In this document: positions 43,391 through 57,461 of the stretch, in pieces | How the letters are laid out: each line of letters opens with the position of its first letter | Position numbering within the stretch: the first letter of the stretch is position 1 | Assembly: GCA_012295275.1 (NCBI GenBank) | Contig: CM022671.1 | Span: forward strand, 8,432,001 to 8,496,000 | Length of the DNA stretch: 64,000 nt | DNA from: Chrysomallon squamiferum | Taxonomy: Eukaryota > Animalia > Mollusca | Direction of reading: 5' to 3' | Made by a program: the position numbers and the translations under genes | The notes under the pieces: generated by a model | What the model was told of the DNA's origin: nothing | The model's input: the letters and a program-made list of their open reading frames with translations, nothing else | The model's database searches: none

Positions 43391-45335
43391 TATCTTCAAT
43401 ACTAAGCACCAAAAAGGTATGCCAGGAAGCAAGGTTACTTTGGTCTGGAGGTTTAAAGAAAAAACAACAAAGTTAACGTAATAATTGGTGTCCAAGTGTT
43501 CAGTTGGCGGCGGAGGTCTCCCGTCTTTAGATCCTGAGGACATACGAAATAAAACAATCTCTTTGGAAGGTTTCAGAGATAGGCACCTGTGTATGATTCT
43601 GTATAAGTGTGTATATATCTGTGAGTGTATGTGTATATCTGTGTATATCTGCATGCAAGTAGTTTTATAGGCAAGTTGGTAGGTTACTAGATAGCTATAT
43701 AGATGGCTATGTGAGTAAATAAAAAGAGAGTATAATGTACATCACTAAGTACACATGACCAGAGTTAGGTGCTGCAGATAGTGGAAAGGAAGCTATAAAA
43801 ATAGGGTATTCTTTGAATGAACTCAAGATTTGTAATTACGTTGGTTAAAAACACCTTCTCGTAATAACAGATTGCTATGTCATTTGAAGACGCGATCAAA
43901 TATTAAAAATAAAATAATAATAATAATAATATATATATGTATGTATGCGATATATGTAAGTGATCTTGTGGTTGTGTAAATGATAATTTCTAAATTAATA
44001 CTCGGTTTCTATATTATTTCAAAAACTTTAGCAATTTATCTGTGACGATTTGTGTACATTTGTGTTTTAAGTGTTTGAGTTGTTCTTATATTAAATTTTA
44101 CATCGTTTTCTATGTCTTAATGCCATCATTAATGTCGTTACTAACATACACACCCCCACTATCATCATCACTACCATCATCAACGTCGTCGTCATAATTA
44201 CCAACATACACCGCATTAACCATTAACGAAAACGCCTGTGTCGTTTGTTCAGCAGTTCGCTCTCTGCTTAGCTCAGGTTGACTTGTTCAGAGTGGCGAGC
44301 CTCTTGTGACGCTCTTCAAGCTGCAAACAGACATGACGTCGTGCCAGTCGATGTTGTGTATGACAGATCGTTAACACTGTGGCCGGACACGTGGCTCATT
44401 GTGTCGAATAGATGAACAAATTACTCACACTAAAGATGAATGAAGTTGTCGCTAATTGCACATTACAGTTATTTCTGACGCCTTCGTCGATATCTTTAGC
44501 CGCTTGCTACCCACGTTACATTTTAAAAGCACGAACGATACAAACATTGAACTAATCTTCGCACTCGTTGGATTCTGAGTCCAGTACAGGCATGCTTGAA
44601 CGTTCGGTGGATGTAACCACGTTTCTGAATGGAAATACACTGATAGAAGTGAACTACGCCATTGATTTATTAGCCAGCTGCGATAAAGCGGTTGATAGAA
44701 ATTTTATATACACGAATTTGAACTAACTTACATTTTTGAAATTGGCACACTACAACAGTAATTACGGTAAATATTGCTATGACAATATGACTTTTATAGA
44801 AATTATTTTTGTTTATTTTATTTTATTTTATATTATTTTATGATTTTATGGTTGTTAGTGCATTCAGTATACACTATATAAATTCTTTACGGGCGAATTA
44901 CAAACAGACAAATTGGCACCTAATCAAGTGTAAAAATATGTTTGGTTGATAATGTTCTTCCTTCTGACGTTAAGGTGAATTGTGTTAACACTGAAACTTG
45001 AAACATCCCAGTTTATTGATTATCGGCAATACAGATGACAGAAGATTTATAAGCTAGGTTTTTTAATACAAAAATATCAAAAGAGCAGGAAGAAATTTTT
45101 GTACAATAGACCCAAAGATCGATTCGGAATACAATACAAAATATTTATGTGATAAACACTTCACACTTAAACAGTTATTTTTAATAATAATTAAAATATA
45201 TTTTTAGTAACTGTGTTATTAATCATCAGAGTATATAACATAAATCAAAACCTTTTCCTTAATTTAATATATTTATTTATTTACGTATTTATTAAAAAAT
45301 GTATTTATTAATTTATCATTGGTAAACTGTCATAC

Positions 45336-45370
<35 letters not shown>

Positions 45371-45464
45371 TGTATGTGTGTGTGTGTATGTTGTTTCTGC
45401 GTGTGTGCATTTGTATGTATATTTATATGTTTGTTTCTAGGTGAGAGTGTGTGTATATCTTTTG

Positions 45465-45600
45465 CCAGTACCTTCCCATAGACAGGAAGACTCAGCATAC
45501 ACTTGAATGTGACAGCCGAGACTAGGAACGCTGTGTGGAACAAAACGTAGCCCAACTCGAGAGTCACAACAACTGATCCTCTTGCGATACATCCAGGAGC
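45465..45600 (-). mobile_element. Degenerate Deu/Nin-like SINE fragment upstream of the receptor start codons (also at about 57040-57170, 41850-41900 and 23700-23760)
   Basis: Minus-strand gtatgctgagtcttcctgtctatgggaagg resembles the SINE core gtatgtgctatcctgtctgtgggatgg. Confidence 0.35.
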
Positions 45601-45835
45601 ATTGAAATCTTGCCAAGAAAAGAATTTAAACCATTATACAGAATATACAGAACTGTAGGTTTAGTCTCATTAGCATTACGACAGTTTCACACATCTGTGG
45701 TAATATTAAAACTGAGGAATCAGTTGAATGTCATTATTTTAGTAGTTTTTGCCTCAGTATTAAAACAACAGCAACAACAAATTCCTACCTGTTGTTGCGT
45801 CTTTTTTAAATTTCTTACAGTTAAACGAAACACTA

Positions 45836-45896
45836 ATGGAATCTTGGCTGTTTTTTGTAATTCTTGCAGGTGTCACATTGCGATGTTCAGAAACAG
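45836..45896 (+). CDS. Receptor gene C exon 1: signal peptide MESWLFFVILAGVTLRCSET
   Basis: Intact paralog of A exon 1 with a GTAAGT donor. Confidence 0.75.
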
Positions 45897-46304
45897 GTAA
45901 GTTCCAAGAAATCCTGTTAACAAAGCAATGTTTCTACCGACATGGATTAAAATGTAATTTTCTTTTCATTCATTTATCTGTTAATCTTTCTCTCTATCTG
46001 TACACAAACATATATAGATACAGACACAAACAGGTACATACACACATACATCAAGCATACTTCAAAACATGTATAGTGATATTATCTTTTCTGTATTATT
46101 ATTATTTATTATCGAGGGTGGAGACATCTTATTATCTATTTCAGTATGCTTATTTAGAAATATATATATATATATAAAGGAAAAAGAATTATCAGAAGAC
46201 ACAAATAATAATTTATTAACATTTGTGCGCGTTATATTATATTATATTATCTAATATTATATTATATTATATTATATTCCTTTTTGTAATTTGTAAAATA
46301 TACA

Positions 46305-46486
46305 CTTGTCATTCCAATGTCTGCAAGGACTTGAAATCAGCGACGGCAGCTACACGAGAAATATCACCTGCAGTGACAACACTGGATATAATATAACACA
46401 AATATATCAGAGTTCTACAAATTTTATTAAACTGAGACTTAATAATGGACAAATAAATGGTGGAAAAATATGGATTCAAATAAATG
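46305..46486 (+). pseudogene. Gene C: 3' half of the CUB exon only (lectin exon, CUB acceptor and 5' half deleted)
   Basis: Intron-1 sequence joins intron-2 sequence at about 46080, then ...aaatatac joins acttgtcattccaatgt from mid-CUB. A cryptic in-frame AG exists at 46326-46327. Confidence 0.7.
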
Positions 46487-46537
46487 GTAATAAATTACTT
46501 TATTCGCCTATGAATTATCTGAAATAATATACTGAAT

Positions 46538-46597
<60 letters not shown>

Positions 46598-47124
46598 CAC
46601 ACAGATATATACGTGCACATATACCCACTACATACACCTACATACACACATTAAAAAACATAGTCTAATACACATATTCATACGTATTTACTATTTAGTA
46701 TAAATGTAATCATTCTTATTATGATCATCGTTATCGTCGTCGTCAGCATTATTATTACTACTACGGCTGCTAATACCTCTACTACAACTACTACCACTAT
46801 GATAATTATTATTATTATTATTATTAGTAGTAGTAGTAGTAGTAGTAGCAGTAGTAGTATCAGTAGTAAGTGTTGGTATTACAGCAGACTACATCTGTTC
46901 GGAAACACATTAATTTATATATATAAATGTTCGTATACTGTAGAGTATGTATGTTAGTAAACATATAAGTTTATATATGTGTGTTCGTATTACTGCATAC
47001 TAAGTATGTTAGTAAACATATAAGTTTATATATGTGACTGTTCGTATTACTGCAGACTACGTGTGTTAGCAAACATATAAGTTTATGGTTTTTGCTCTTT
47101 TCCATATTCTCTTGTATAACGTAG

Positions 47125-47214
47125 CCACAACCCCTGGTGTTGTCCTAACCCTGACGTGTGGTGTCACTGACCAGACATCTACTGCAGTCACCACCAGCAG
47201 AACGTCAACATCAG
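47125..47214 (+). CDS. Receptor gene C exon 4: shortened stalk (in-frame deletion), ATTPGVVLTLTCGVTDQTSTAVTTSRTSTS
   Basis: 90-nt phase 1-1 exon with intact AG and GT sites. Confidence 0.65.
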
Positions 47215-47643
47215 GTATAATTAGAACTGTAATTGATAGTTCACAAAATGATAATGCCTCTCTGAAAGTTTCAGAGATAATTTATATTATTACAGCCAGA
47301 TAAAATGTGTTCTATCAAAGTGCATCCATATATATGTTTATATTAATAGGCTAATCACTGATATATATTTGATTTAATTTGGCGTTTTCTTGTATAATTT
47401 ATAACTCTCAGAGATATCCCAACTGACTCTAAGTAGAATTATAATTTTGTTGTTTTGTTGTTTTTTAGTTTATAAGATTGTGGATATGTTATTTAACGAC
47501 GTGCTTTAACACATTTTTAAATCTACATAATATAAATACTTTTCTTCTTACAATGTATCTTTTGTCTTAACTGTTACATGTTAATATAACACATTTTACA
47601 GTTCCAAACGTGGTCAGAAAATCAAACATTTAAACTATTTCAG

Positions 47644-47768
47644 ATGGGACGGCTGGTTTAGATAGTGGAATTTTGGCAGGAATCATCGTATGCATTATAA
47701 TTCTGATAGTGCTGGTGGTTATTCTTGTTAATGTGTTTTACATACGGTATAGAAATCGAAAACAAAAC
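47644..47768 (+). CDS. Receptor gene C exon 5: transmembrane exon DGTAGLDSGILAGIIVCIIILIVLVVILVNVFYIRYRNRKQN
   Basis: 125 nt with intact splice sites and frame. Confidence 0.75.
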
Positions 47769-48215
47769 GTAAGTAACAATTATTTGTAGTAAAAGACATT
47801 AAGTGTATTTACTACAAGTGGTATTAGCACGTCGTAATAATACTAGTTCCATTAGTGCTTGAATAAAATTAATGACTAGCAAAGTGTTTTTTAGAGTGCG
47901 TTGCCTTTCCTTTAAGGTGATAGAAGCCTTTTCCCAAAGTAGAACTGAAATGCACTCCTTCCATAGCCTAAGGCCAGGTTTCAAAAGAAAGTTCCAAAAG
48001 TGTCCACCATTCAACTTAAACTTAACCTACAAAATTGATATCTAGATCCAAAGTCTGTTAAACAGACAGGGATATATACATAATACACATATACATACTA
48101 CATACATAAACAAATATATACATATACAGATACTCTCACACATACATACATAGATACATAAATATCACTTTTATCATCATCATTATAATAGTTGTGATTA
48201 TACAATGTTTTTCAG

Positions 48216-48440
48216 AGGGTTGGAGTGGATGACAATAACCAAAATACAAGAAGTGGACTTACTACACCTTCACCTTCATCCAATATAGTGCCTCCGCCAA
48301 CCGGACCAAGAAGAAATAGGTTACCTCCATTACCGCCAACCGAAGCAGAAAATGGATCGTCTCCCTCACAAAGTTCAGGACCAGAAGATGGATTACCTTC
48401 TATACTGACTTTACAAACAAATATAAAAAATTTAAGTTGA
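48216..48440 (+). CDS. Receptor gene C terminal exon 6a: short tail with one RLPPLPP unit
   Basis: Acceptor ttttcAG in phase 0. The ORF runs to a stop at the duplication junction. Confidence 0.6.
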   Translation, partial: RVGVDDNNQNTRSGLTTPSPSSNIVPPPTGPRRNRLPPLPPTEAENGSSPSQSSGPEDGLPSILTLQTNIKNLS

Positions 48441-48756
48441 TAGAAGCCTTTTCCCAAAGTAGAACTGAAATGTACTCCTTCCATAGCCTAAGGCCAGGCT
48501 TCAAAAGAAAGTTCCAAAAGTATCCACCATTCAACTTAAACTTAACCTGTAAAATTGGCATCTAGATCCAAAGTCTCTTAAACAGGCAGGCATATATACA
48601 TACTTATGTAAATATATACATAATACACATATACATACTACATACATAAAAAAAATATATATACAGATACTTTCAAACATACATACACAGATACATAAAT
48701 ATCACTTTTATCATCATCAGTATCATAATTGTAATTATGCAGTGTGTGTTTTTCAG

Positions 48757-49242
48757 AAGGTCGTTGTGGATGACAGTAACCAAAATACAAGAAGTGGACT
48801 TCCTACACCTTCACCTTCATCCAATAGATTGCCTTCGTCAACCAGAGCAGTAAATAGATTACTTCCATTACCACCAACCGGAACAGAAAATAGTTTACCC
48901 ACATTACCACCAACCGGAACAGAACATAGATTACCCACATTACCACCAACCGGAACAGGAAATGGATTACCTACATTACCACCAACCGGAACAGAAAATA
49001 GATTACCCACATTACCACCAACCGGAACAGAACATAGATTGCCCACATTACCACCAACCGGAACAGGAAATGGATTACCTACATTACCACCAACCGGAAC
49101 AGGAAATATATTACCTACATTACCAACAAGCGGAACAGGGAATGGGTTATCTCCCTCACTAACTTCAGGAGCAGAAGTTGGATTACCTTCTGTACTGACT
49201 TCAGAAGCACGAAATGGATTGCCTCCCGTACAGACAATGTAA
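48757..49242 (+). CDS. Receptor gene C terminal exon 6b: long tail with eight 12-aa repeats, ending LPPVQTM*
   Basis: Own copy of the intron-5 3' end with a phase-0 acceptor, and AATAAA at about 49277. Confidence 0.7.
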   Translation, partial: KVVVDDSNQNTRSGLPTPSPSSNRLPSSTRAVNRLLPLPPTGTENSLPTLPPTGTEHRLPTLPPTGTGNGLPTLPPTGTENRLPTLPPTGTEHRLPTLPPTGTGNGLPTLPPTGTGNILPTLPTSGTGNGLSPSLTSGAEVGLPSVLTSEARNGLPPVQTM

Positions 49243-50643
49243 CTTCAACGGTTTTTGACCTAGTATCAAGAAATGAAATAAACTGCATTCAACTTCAAAG
49301 AAAAGAAAAATACTTATGAATAACTTAGACCTTTTCAAAATATTGCTCAGCCATATAGTGTTTACAGCTCTGAAATCTGACAAATGTTTATATAGTTATC
49401 AACAAAAGATGTTTTCAGTCATATGTAATATCAATGTAAATAAATAACAAAATACGTTATTATATATATGTGTGTGTGTGTGTGTGTCTGTGTGTTCTAT
49501 TATTAATGTTTGCTGTGCGTTTGTATTTGTATTTTTTGTTGTTTTCATTTATCTAAGTTTATATGATCTTTAATTTTGTTTCCTGTTTTGATATTTCATA
49601 ACGAGTCCGACTTTGTTTCCTTTTGTTTCCATAATAAAGATAAAAAACACACACACACACACACATACACAGAGACACACATTCTTACATACACACAGAC
49701 AGCTCTCTCCTCCATTAAGAAAACAAAGAGGATTTCCTAAACCTTTACCTTCATCCAATAGATTGCCTCGACTACTGTCAATTTTTTAAATATTGATCAG
49801 CCATATAATGATCACAGCTCATCAGAAATTTGACAAATGTATACTGTTATGAACAAAGGCTTTTCTCAATCGTATGTGATATCATTTTAAATAAATAACA
49901 ATACATATGTGTGTGTGTGTGTGTGCGTACTACTATTATTAATGTTGCAAACTTGTTTTCTTAATTTAATAAGTATATTATATATTATTTTATAAGAGTA
50001 TGAGTGTCTAATATAATAAATTTAATTTAAATTTACCTTTTTTCTTTTAATCTTCTAAGTTTGCAAAAAGTTCAGGAAAAAAATTAACATGTTTTCCTTC
50101 ACACGTTTTTTATATTATTTTATTTATTCTTCTACTTTCATAACATAAAGAATTATTACACACACACACACACACATTCATACGTACATGTGTGTGTGTG
50201 TGTTTATTACTGTGAAACGATTACAAATAATTACACATTTTTATTATAATTCGATGGCTCATTCATGCAGATAATTTGCTATAACAAATTATTTTACGGA
50301 ACAACAAATTAGAAGTAAACGCTATAATATTAGTATTAAAAGTAGCATAAGTGATAGTGATAATAGTAGTAGTAGTAGTAGAAGTGCAGCAGAGGTAGTA
50401 GTTATATTAAAGGTATCAGAGATAGTAGTACTGATAGCGGTGACTGTAACAATAGCACTAACACAAGAAATAGCAGTTGTTACGGTAATAGTTCTAACAG
50501 CAGTACTGATAATAGTAGTTGGAATAACAGTAGTAGTAGCAGTAGAATATATAAGTCTAGATATACTTTATTTATTATTGTATATTTTGATATGCCATGT
50601 TAACATACTTGTTGTTTTTATTTTTATTATTATTATTATTATT

Positions 50644-50676
<33 letters not shown>

Positions 50677-51329
50677 ATTATTATTATTAAAAGTTCCAGT
50701 GGGGAAAACATATAGGCCTAAATTGTATTATATTTGTTATTGTAGAGTTAACACACTTTTTAATGCTACTTTTGTACAAAGAGGTTCTTCTTTTCATCAA
50801 AATGAGAGATGCAGACAGGATTACTCATATAAGGTGAATCACTTCTCTTCTTAAAATATGTTTCCTATCGCTCGAATGTAGACAGAGAGGAACTAATTAT
50901 TTCTAAAGCTACGGACGATTTTTCATTCTTTAAATTTAAATAAATAAATTATAGTTCGACTGTTAGAGCGGAAAACTTAAGTATGACAGGTACAATTATT
51001 TACCATAACATAAAGTGTCTCAGTCCAAGTGTATGAACAAAGAAATATCCGAAGCTGGATGCCTTTTCAATAATCTGATTATACAAAGAATATCTGTGAA
51101 TAACACACACTTATTAGTAACCGTTACCACTAAGCTGCCGTTAATTATTCATAAATCTACTGTGTAAATAATGCGTTTAAAGAAAATGTCATAAAAGACT
51201 GTGCTTTCGTTGTTTGACTAGACTGTTTAATAAAATTATAATATGGATACTTTATTCACATACATTTGACAACAGAAGTAACTTTTCCCATATAAATAAC
51301 AAACAAACAAACAAAATACGTCTTACTTC

Positions 51330-53122
51330 TTTCTACGTTAACACCAACTAATGGAGGTAATCTAACACCTGATGTAGAAGGTGAAGGATAAAAGTGGTGT
51401 TAATGTATGTATGTCTGTATGTGTGTGAGTATGTTAATATGTATATATTTGTTTATTTATGTTGTATCTATGTGTGTATTATTTATATATGCATATACGT
51501 ATGTATGAATGCCTGTTTAACGGATTTCGGATTTAAGTAGATTAAGTTTAAGTTGAATGGTTGAGAGTTTTGAAACTTTCTTTAGAGACCTGGTCTTTGT
51601 TTATGGAGAGAGTGAATTTCAGTTCTATTTTTGGAAAAGTTTTACATCACCTTAAAGGAAAGACAACTTCGCACTCTTTTCTTCGCAACTTTGCCAGTCA
51701 TTAACTTTGTTCAAGCACTAATGAAACTTGTTATAAATACAGTTATTGTGTTTTACGAAAAATACTTTTTTCTTATGTTTTGTCTTCGATTCTGATACAA
51801 TATGCAAAACACTCTAAGAAGAATAACCACAATGACTGTGAGAATTCCTGCCAAAAGTGCAGGATCTAAACCAGCCGAGCTTTCTGAAGCAGCAACCATA
51901 AAGTGTGTTATATTAACATGTATCAGTTAAGATAAAAAGATACATTGCAAGAAGAAAAGTGTTTATATTACGTAGATTTAAAAATGTGTTAACCCGCGTG
52001 ATTAAATAATATACCAACATTCTTATAAACTAAAAGACAACAAAACTATAATTCTACGAACAGTCAGTTAGGGAAAACGCTGCTAGTTATAAATTATACA
52101 AGAAAAGCTCACATAAAATTAAATATATATCAGTGATTAGCATATTAATATAAACACATATATATATGCACACTGATAGAATACACTTTAATAAAAACAA
52201 ACCTCTTGGTCTAGAAGTAATAATATGAATTAATTCTGAAAATTTCAGAGACAACAACATTCAAATTAATTGCACAGTTTTAACGATACTTGGTTGTTTC
52301 CTTGATTATATTACTGACGTCATGGTGGTGATGGCTGTAGTAGATGTCGCGGTGGTAGACGCCTTTTCAATTGTCATGCATGGTGCTTGGGTCGTCTGGT
52401 CAGTGACACCACACGTCAGGGTTAGGACAACACCAGGGGTTGTGGCTGTGTTATCCAACAGAATATGGAAAAGAGCAAAGACCATAAACATGTATGTTTG
52501 CTAACACACGTAGTATGCAGTAATACGAACACACATTTATAAACTTGCGTTTTCTAACACATGTAGTCTGCAGTAATATGAACACTGACATATATAAACT
52601 TACATGTTTGCTGAAACGTATTAATCTATGTTTTTTAATGTATGTATGTAGATGTGTGTACTGGGTATGTTTGCACGTGAGTGTGGGGAGTGTGTGTGTG
52701 TGTCTGCGGGTCACATTCAGTACATTTATTCAATTTATTCATAGAATAACAAAATAATTTATTACCATTTATCTATACCCATATTTTTCCACCATTTATT
52801 TGTCCATTATTAAGTCTCAGTTTAATAAAATTTGTAGAACTCTGATATATTTGTGTTATGTTATATGCAGTGTTGTTACTGCAGGTGATATTTCTCGTGT
52901 CACTGTCGTCGTTGATTTCAAGTGCTTCCAGTCATTCGTTTCAACTGTGCAATGACAAGTCTATGGCGGTGATGGTGATGTTGGTGTCGCATGACGTAGA
53001 CACTGTGCACTGTTGTAAAGAGTTTTTGACATTGATGAGACCGGGGTATTCTGTATTCAGTAAATAAACTTCTGTTCCAGTTAGCGATGTGTTGTTGTCT
53101 GAGAAACTTGCAGTCACGTTTT
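51330..53122 (-). pseudogene. Subtype-2 receptor pseudogene, unit 3: CUB 53122-52766, stalk about 52446-52290, TM about 51885-51778, tail remnant about 51390-51330
   Basis: Shared CUB TGA, CUB acceptor changed from AG to AT, TM donor changed from GT to AT, and no lectin or signal exon. Confidence 0.85.
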
Positions 53123-54402
53123 ATGAAACACAAATCTGTCTTGTATATTTTGTTTCCAAATTACAAAAAGGAAATAGAAAACATAAATAAAATAATAGTA
53201 TAATATAATATAATATAAGGCGCACAAATGTTTAATAGTTATTATTTTTGTCTTCTGATAATTATTTTTTCTTTATATATATATATGTAGATATATATAT
53301 ATTTCTAAATGCGCATATTGAAATAAAATAGAAAATAAGATGTCGCCATCCTTGATAATAAAAAGCGTCATCAAAAAAAAAACAAAAAAAACAACAACAA
53401 ATGACAGCACAACAACAAAAAAAAATGAAAAAAAAAAAAACCACACCCATAACCAGAAATTAAAATATCTATTTATCTACCAGTAAACGTTTCACTGTGT
53501 AAAAAAAAAAAAAAAAAAAGAAGACCCAAAATAATAATAAAAGAAGAAGAAAAATGTAAAATTGCATCCTTGAATACAACAGCGTAATATTAACAGTATT
53601 ATAATACGTAACAGTTAAAAGAAAAAAGAAAAAAAATGGAAAGATGCAAAATCCTCGATTCTGGCAACTTATATTTTACATTTTTAAAATAAAATCTTTT
53701 CTATAAGAAAATAAACCATCAATTATTATTATTTTTTTTTTTAAATCGTCAATCTGGGTTTGAGGTATTTCCCAATCCGGTTTCCACGAAACAATTCACA
53801 GAACAAAAAAGGACGCTGTATGTAGTAATTATCTGTCTTTACACCAGTATGAAATTACATGATGATCCTAAGGACATATGAAATGAAAAGGTCTCGTTGG
53901 TAGGTTTCAGTGATGACTATCTACATCTGTTGTTAGAACTGTTTCTGTAGTCCAAATCAATTGATTATTTCTGTTGTGTGTTAAAATCTGAGGGATCTTC
54001 TGGAAAATATGTGTTCTGTGTATATCTGCATTCATGTAGTTTTATAGGCATGTTGGTAGGTTAGTAGGGATCTTCTGGAATATATGAACAAATATTTTAT
54101 CTCAGATTTCACTGAGAAAGCTGTGTGTTAGATTGTCGAAAATTATAAAAAGAAGTACACTTGATGAAAATATAGTTTTACTTGATTACCCAGTTTCATT
54201 AGAGTCATTATTTCCGTCACAAATATTTTTAGCAAATCTATAGTCATGGCATCGTCCCATTAGATACCCATAGCATATCAGAATATGTTGTATTATAAAA
54301 TAAAATAAATAACTACTTTTACAAAGGCCGTAGTATGTAATTTCCTCTGAGAATTTAAAAAAAAAAAAAAAAAAAAATAAGGGCTTGGGCTTGCACCCCG
54401 TA

Positions 54403-54459
<57 letters not shown>

Positions 54460-56899
54460 GACACACATATGATAGTTTACCAATATTAATTACATAAAAA
54501 AATATATAATAAATAAACAAATATATTAAATTATATAAAAAAAACACCTTTTAATTTAAGTTATATGCTCTGATGATTAATAACACAGTTACTGAAAACA
54601 TTATTATGAAAAATAAGTATTTAAGTGTGAAGTGTTTATCATTTATATTTTTCTATTGTATTTCGAACCGATCTTAGTGTATATTGTGCACAAAATGTCT
54701 TCGTGCTCTGATGATTTTTTGTTTGAAAAATCCTAGCTCATAAATCTGATGTCATCTGATGTCATCTGTGTTGGTGATAGACAATAAACCGTGACGTTAC
54801 AAATTTCAATGCAAACACAGTTCACACTAACGTAAGAAGGAGGAACGTGATCAACCAAAGATATTTTTACACTTGATTAGGCGCCAGTTTTTCTGCTGAG
54901 ATAAAGGATTTAATAATAGTGCAGACTGAATGTACAAATATCCATATTATACTACATTATAAAACAAAATGAACTAAAATAATTTTTATAAAAGTCATGT
55001 TGTGATAGCAATATTTACGATAATCACTGTTTCAGTGTGAAATTTCAAAACGTATACATACACACTCACACACAGATATCTCTCTTTCTCTCTCTCAGTT
55101 CTGTCTTCAATACTGAGCACCAAAATAGGAAGCAAGGCTCCTTTGGTCTGGAGGTTTAAAACGACTTTAGATCCTAAGGACATATGAAATAAAACAATCT
55201 CTTAGGTAGGTTTCAGAGATTAGTATGTGTATATGATTCTGGTATATATATATATATATGAATGTGTGTATCTGTGTATATCTGCATGCATTTAGGTTTA
55301 TGGGCATGTTGGTAGGTCAGTAGGTAGCTATATAGATGGAAATGTAAGTAAATAAAAAGAGAGTATAATACACATCACTAAGTACACATAACCTGTGGAA
55401 ACTGAATGTAAAAACAGGGTATTCTTTGAATGAACTCAAAGCGTGTAATTACGTTGGTTAAAAACACCTTCTCGTAATAACAGCATGGTATGTTATTTGA
55501 TAGCAGATCGCAGGGTCAAAGAAGGGCAGCTGTTGTCTAGATGACCTCGTCTGCCTATGAAGACGAACTTGTAATAGTAACGTAAGATCTTCATTTTGAG
55601 ATTTGTTTCAGATGGTGTCACCTCGGTACAGTGAAGACACGATAAGAATATTAAAATTAAAAAGAGTAATAATACATATAAGTATCTATGTATGAAACAC
55701 ACAGAGAGACTCTCAGTACTGTTAAAAGTTAAAACATTTCGAATGTGATTTAGAACATTTTCATTTTATCTTTAAAATAATGTTATCTGTTTGTTAAAAA
55801 AAAAAAAACAGTCTAATACAACTCAAAACTGTACTCCATACAAACCTCGCATAAATGAAGACAAGTCTATATTTAGACTTTCGCAAAATGACGACACGGA
55901 ATTTCCAAGTTGTCAGTCAATAAATAATTTATTTTAATAGTAATAATCAGCTGGAATTTCCGTTACAATTTCCATTTATTCATTAATAGGTTCAGGCACT
56001 GCTGATGTCAGAAATATACACATTCTACAAAATAACAAACTTGTGAAAATTTCACTCGGGCGATCTTGTGACTATGTAAATGACAATTTCTAAATTAATC
56101 CTCGCTTTCTAGATTATTTCAGAAATGTAGCAAGTTATCTCTGTCGACTTGTGTGTATTTGTATTTGTGTTTTAAGTTTTTTTAGTTTTTCTTAAATTAA
56201 ATTTTACATTGTCTTCTATGTTTTAATGCTTTAAATATCGTTACCAGTATTCACACCAGTAATTACGGTAAATATTGGTATGACAATATGACTTTTAAAG
56301 CAATTATTGTATTTTACTTTATTTCATTTTATTATTATTTGTTTTTTCATATATTTTCATTTCATTTCATTTTATTTTGTTTTATAATACGATGTAATAT
56401 AATATGGTTATTAGTGCATTCAGTATGCACTACATATATCCTTCACGGGCGAATTGCAGACAAATTGGCACCTAATCAAATGGAAGAATATCTTTGCTTG
56501 ATCACGTTATAATAAGTTATTCCTTCTTACGTTAGAGGTAATTGTGTTTACACTGAAATTTGACATCTTGGTTTATTGTCTATCACCAATACAGATGTTT
56601 AATACAAAAAAAAAAAATCAAAAGAGCAGGAAGACATTTTTGTACAATAGACCATAAGGTCGATTGAAAATAAAATACAAAAATACATATGATAAACACT
56701 TCACAGACCCTTAAATCGGGTTTTTTAATAATAATTCAAATGTTTTTAGTAACTGTTACTAATCATCAGAATATTAAAAATTTTAATTAAATTGAATTTA
56801 TTATAGTTATTTATTTATTTATCCTAAATTATCATATATGATAATTTAGCAATGATAAATAAATAAATAACTATATTAAATTCAATTAAGGAAAACGTT

Positions 56900-56930
<31 letters not shown>

Positions 56931-57400
56931 GTGTATGTATGTATGTATGTGTGTGTGTGTGTTGTTTCTGCATATGTGCATTTGTATATATGTTTGTATC
57001 TAAGTGTGTTTGTGTGTGTGTGTGTCTTTTGTCTACACCTACCCATAGACAGGAAGACTCAGTATGCACTTGATCGTGTCAGCCGAGGCTAGGAGCAGTC
57101 CTTGGAACAAAAGGTAGCCCAACGGGTGAGTCACGAAGACTGATCCTCTTGCGATAAATCCAGGAACACTGAAATCTTGCCAAGAAAAGAGATTAAACCA
57201 TTGGTCTAGAATGTGTGAATATACAGACGTCTGGGTTTAGTCTCATTAGTATTACGACAGTTTCACACCGCTGTACTGATATTAAAACTGAAGAATCAGT
57301 TAAATTTTAGTAGTTTTTACCTCTGTATTAAAATAACAGCAACAAATTGCTACCTGTTGTGGCGTCTTTTTAAAATTTCTTACAGTTAAACGAAACGCTA

Positions 57401-57461
57401 ATGGAATCTTGGCTGTTTTTTGTTATTCTTGTAGGTGCCACATTGCGATGTTCAGAAACAG
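57401..57461 (+). CDS. Receptor gene B exon 1: signal peptide MESWLFFVILVGATLRCSET
   Basis: Intact, with a phase-1 GTAAGT donor. Confidence 0.8.
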
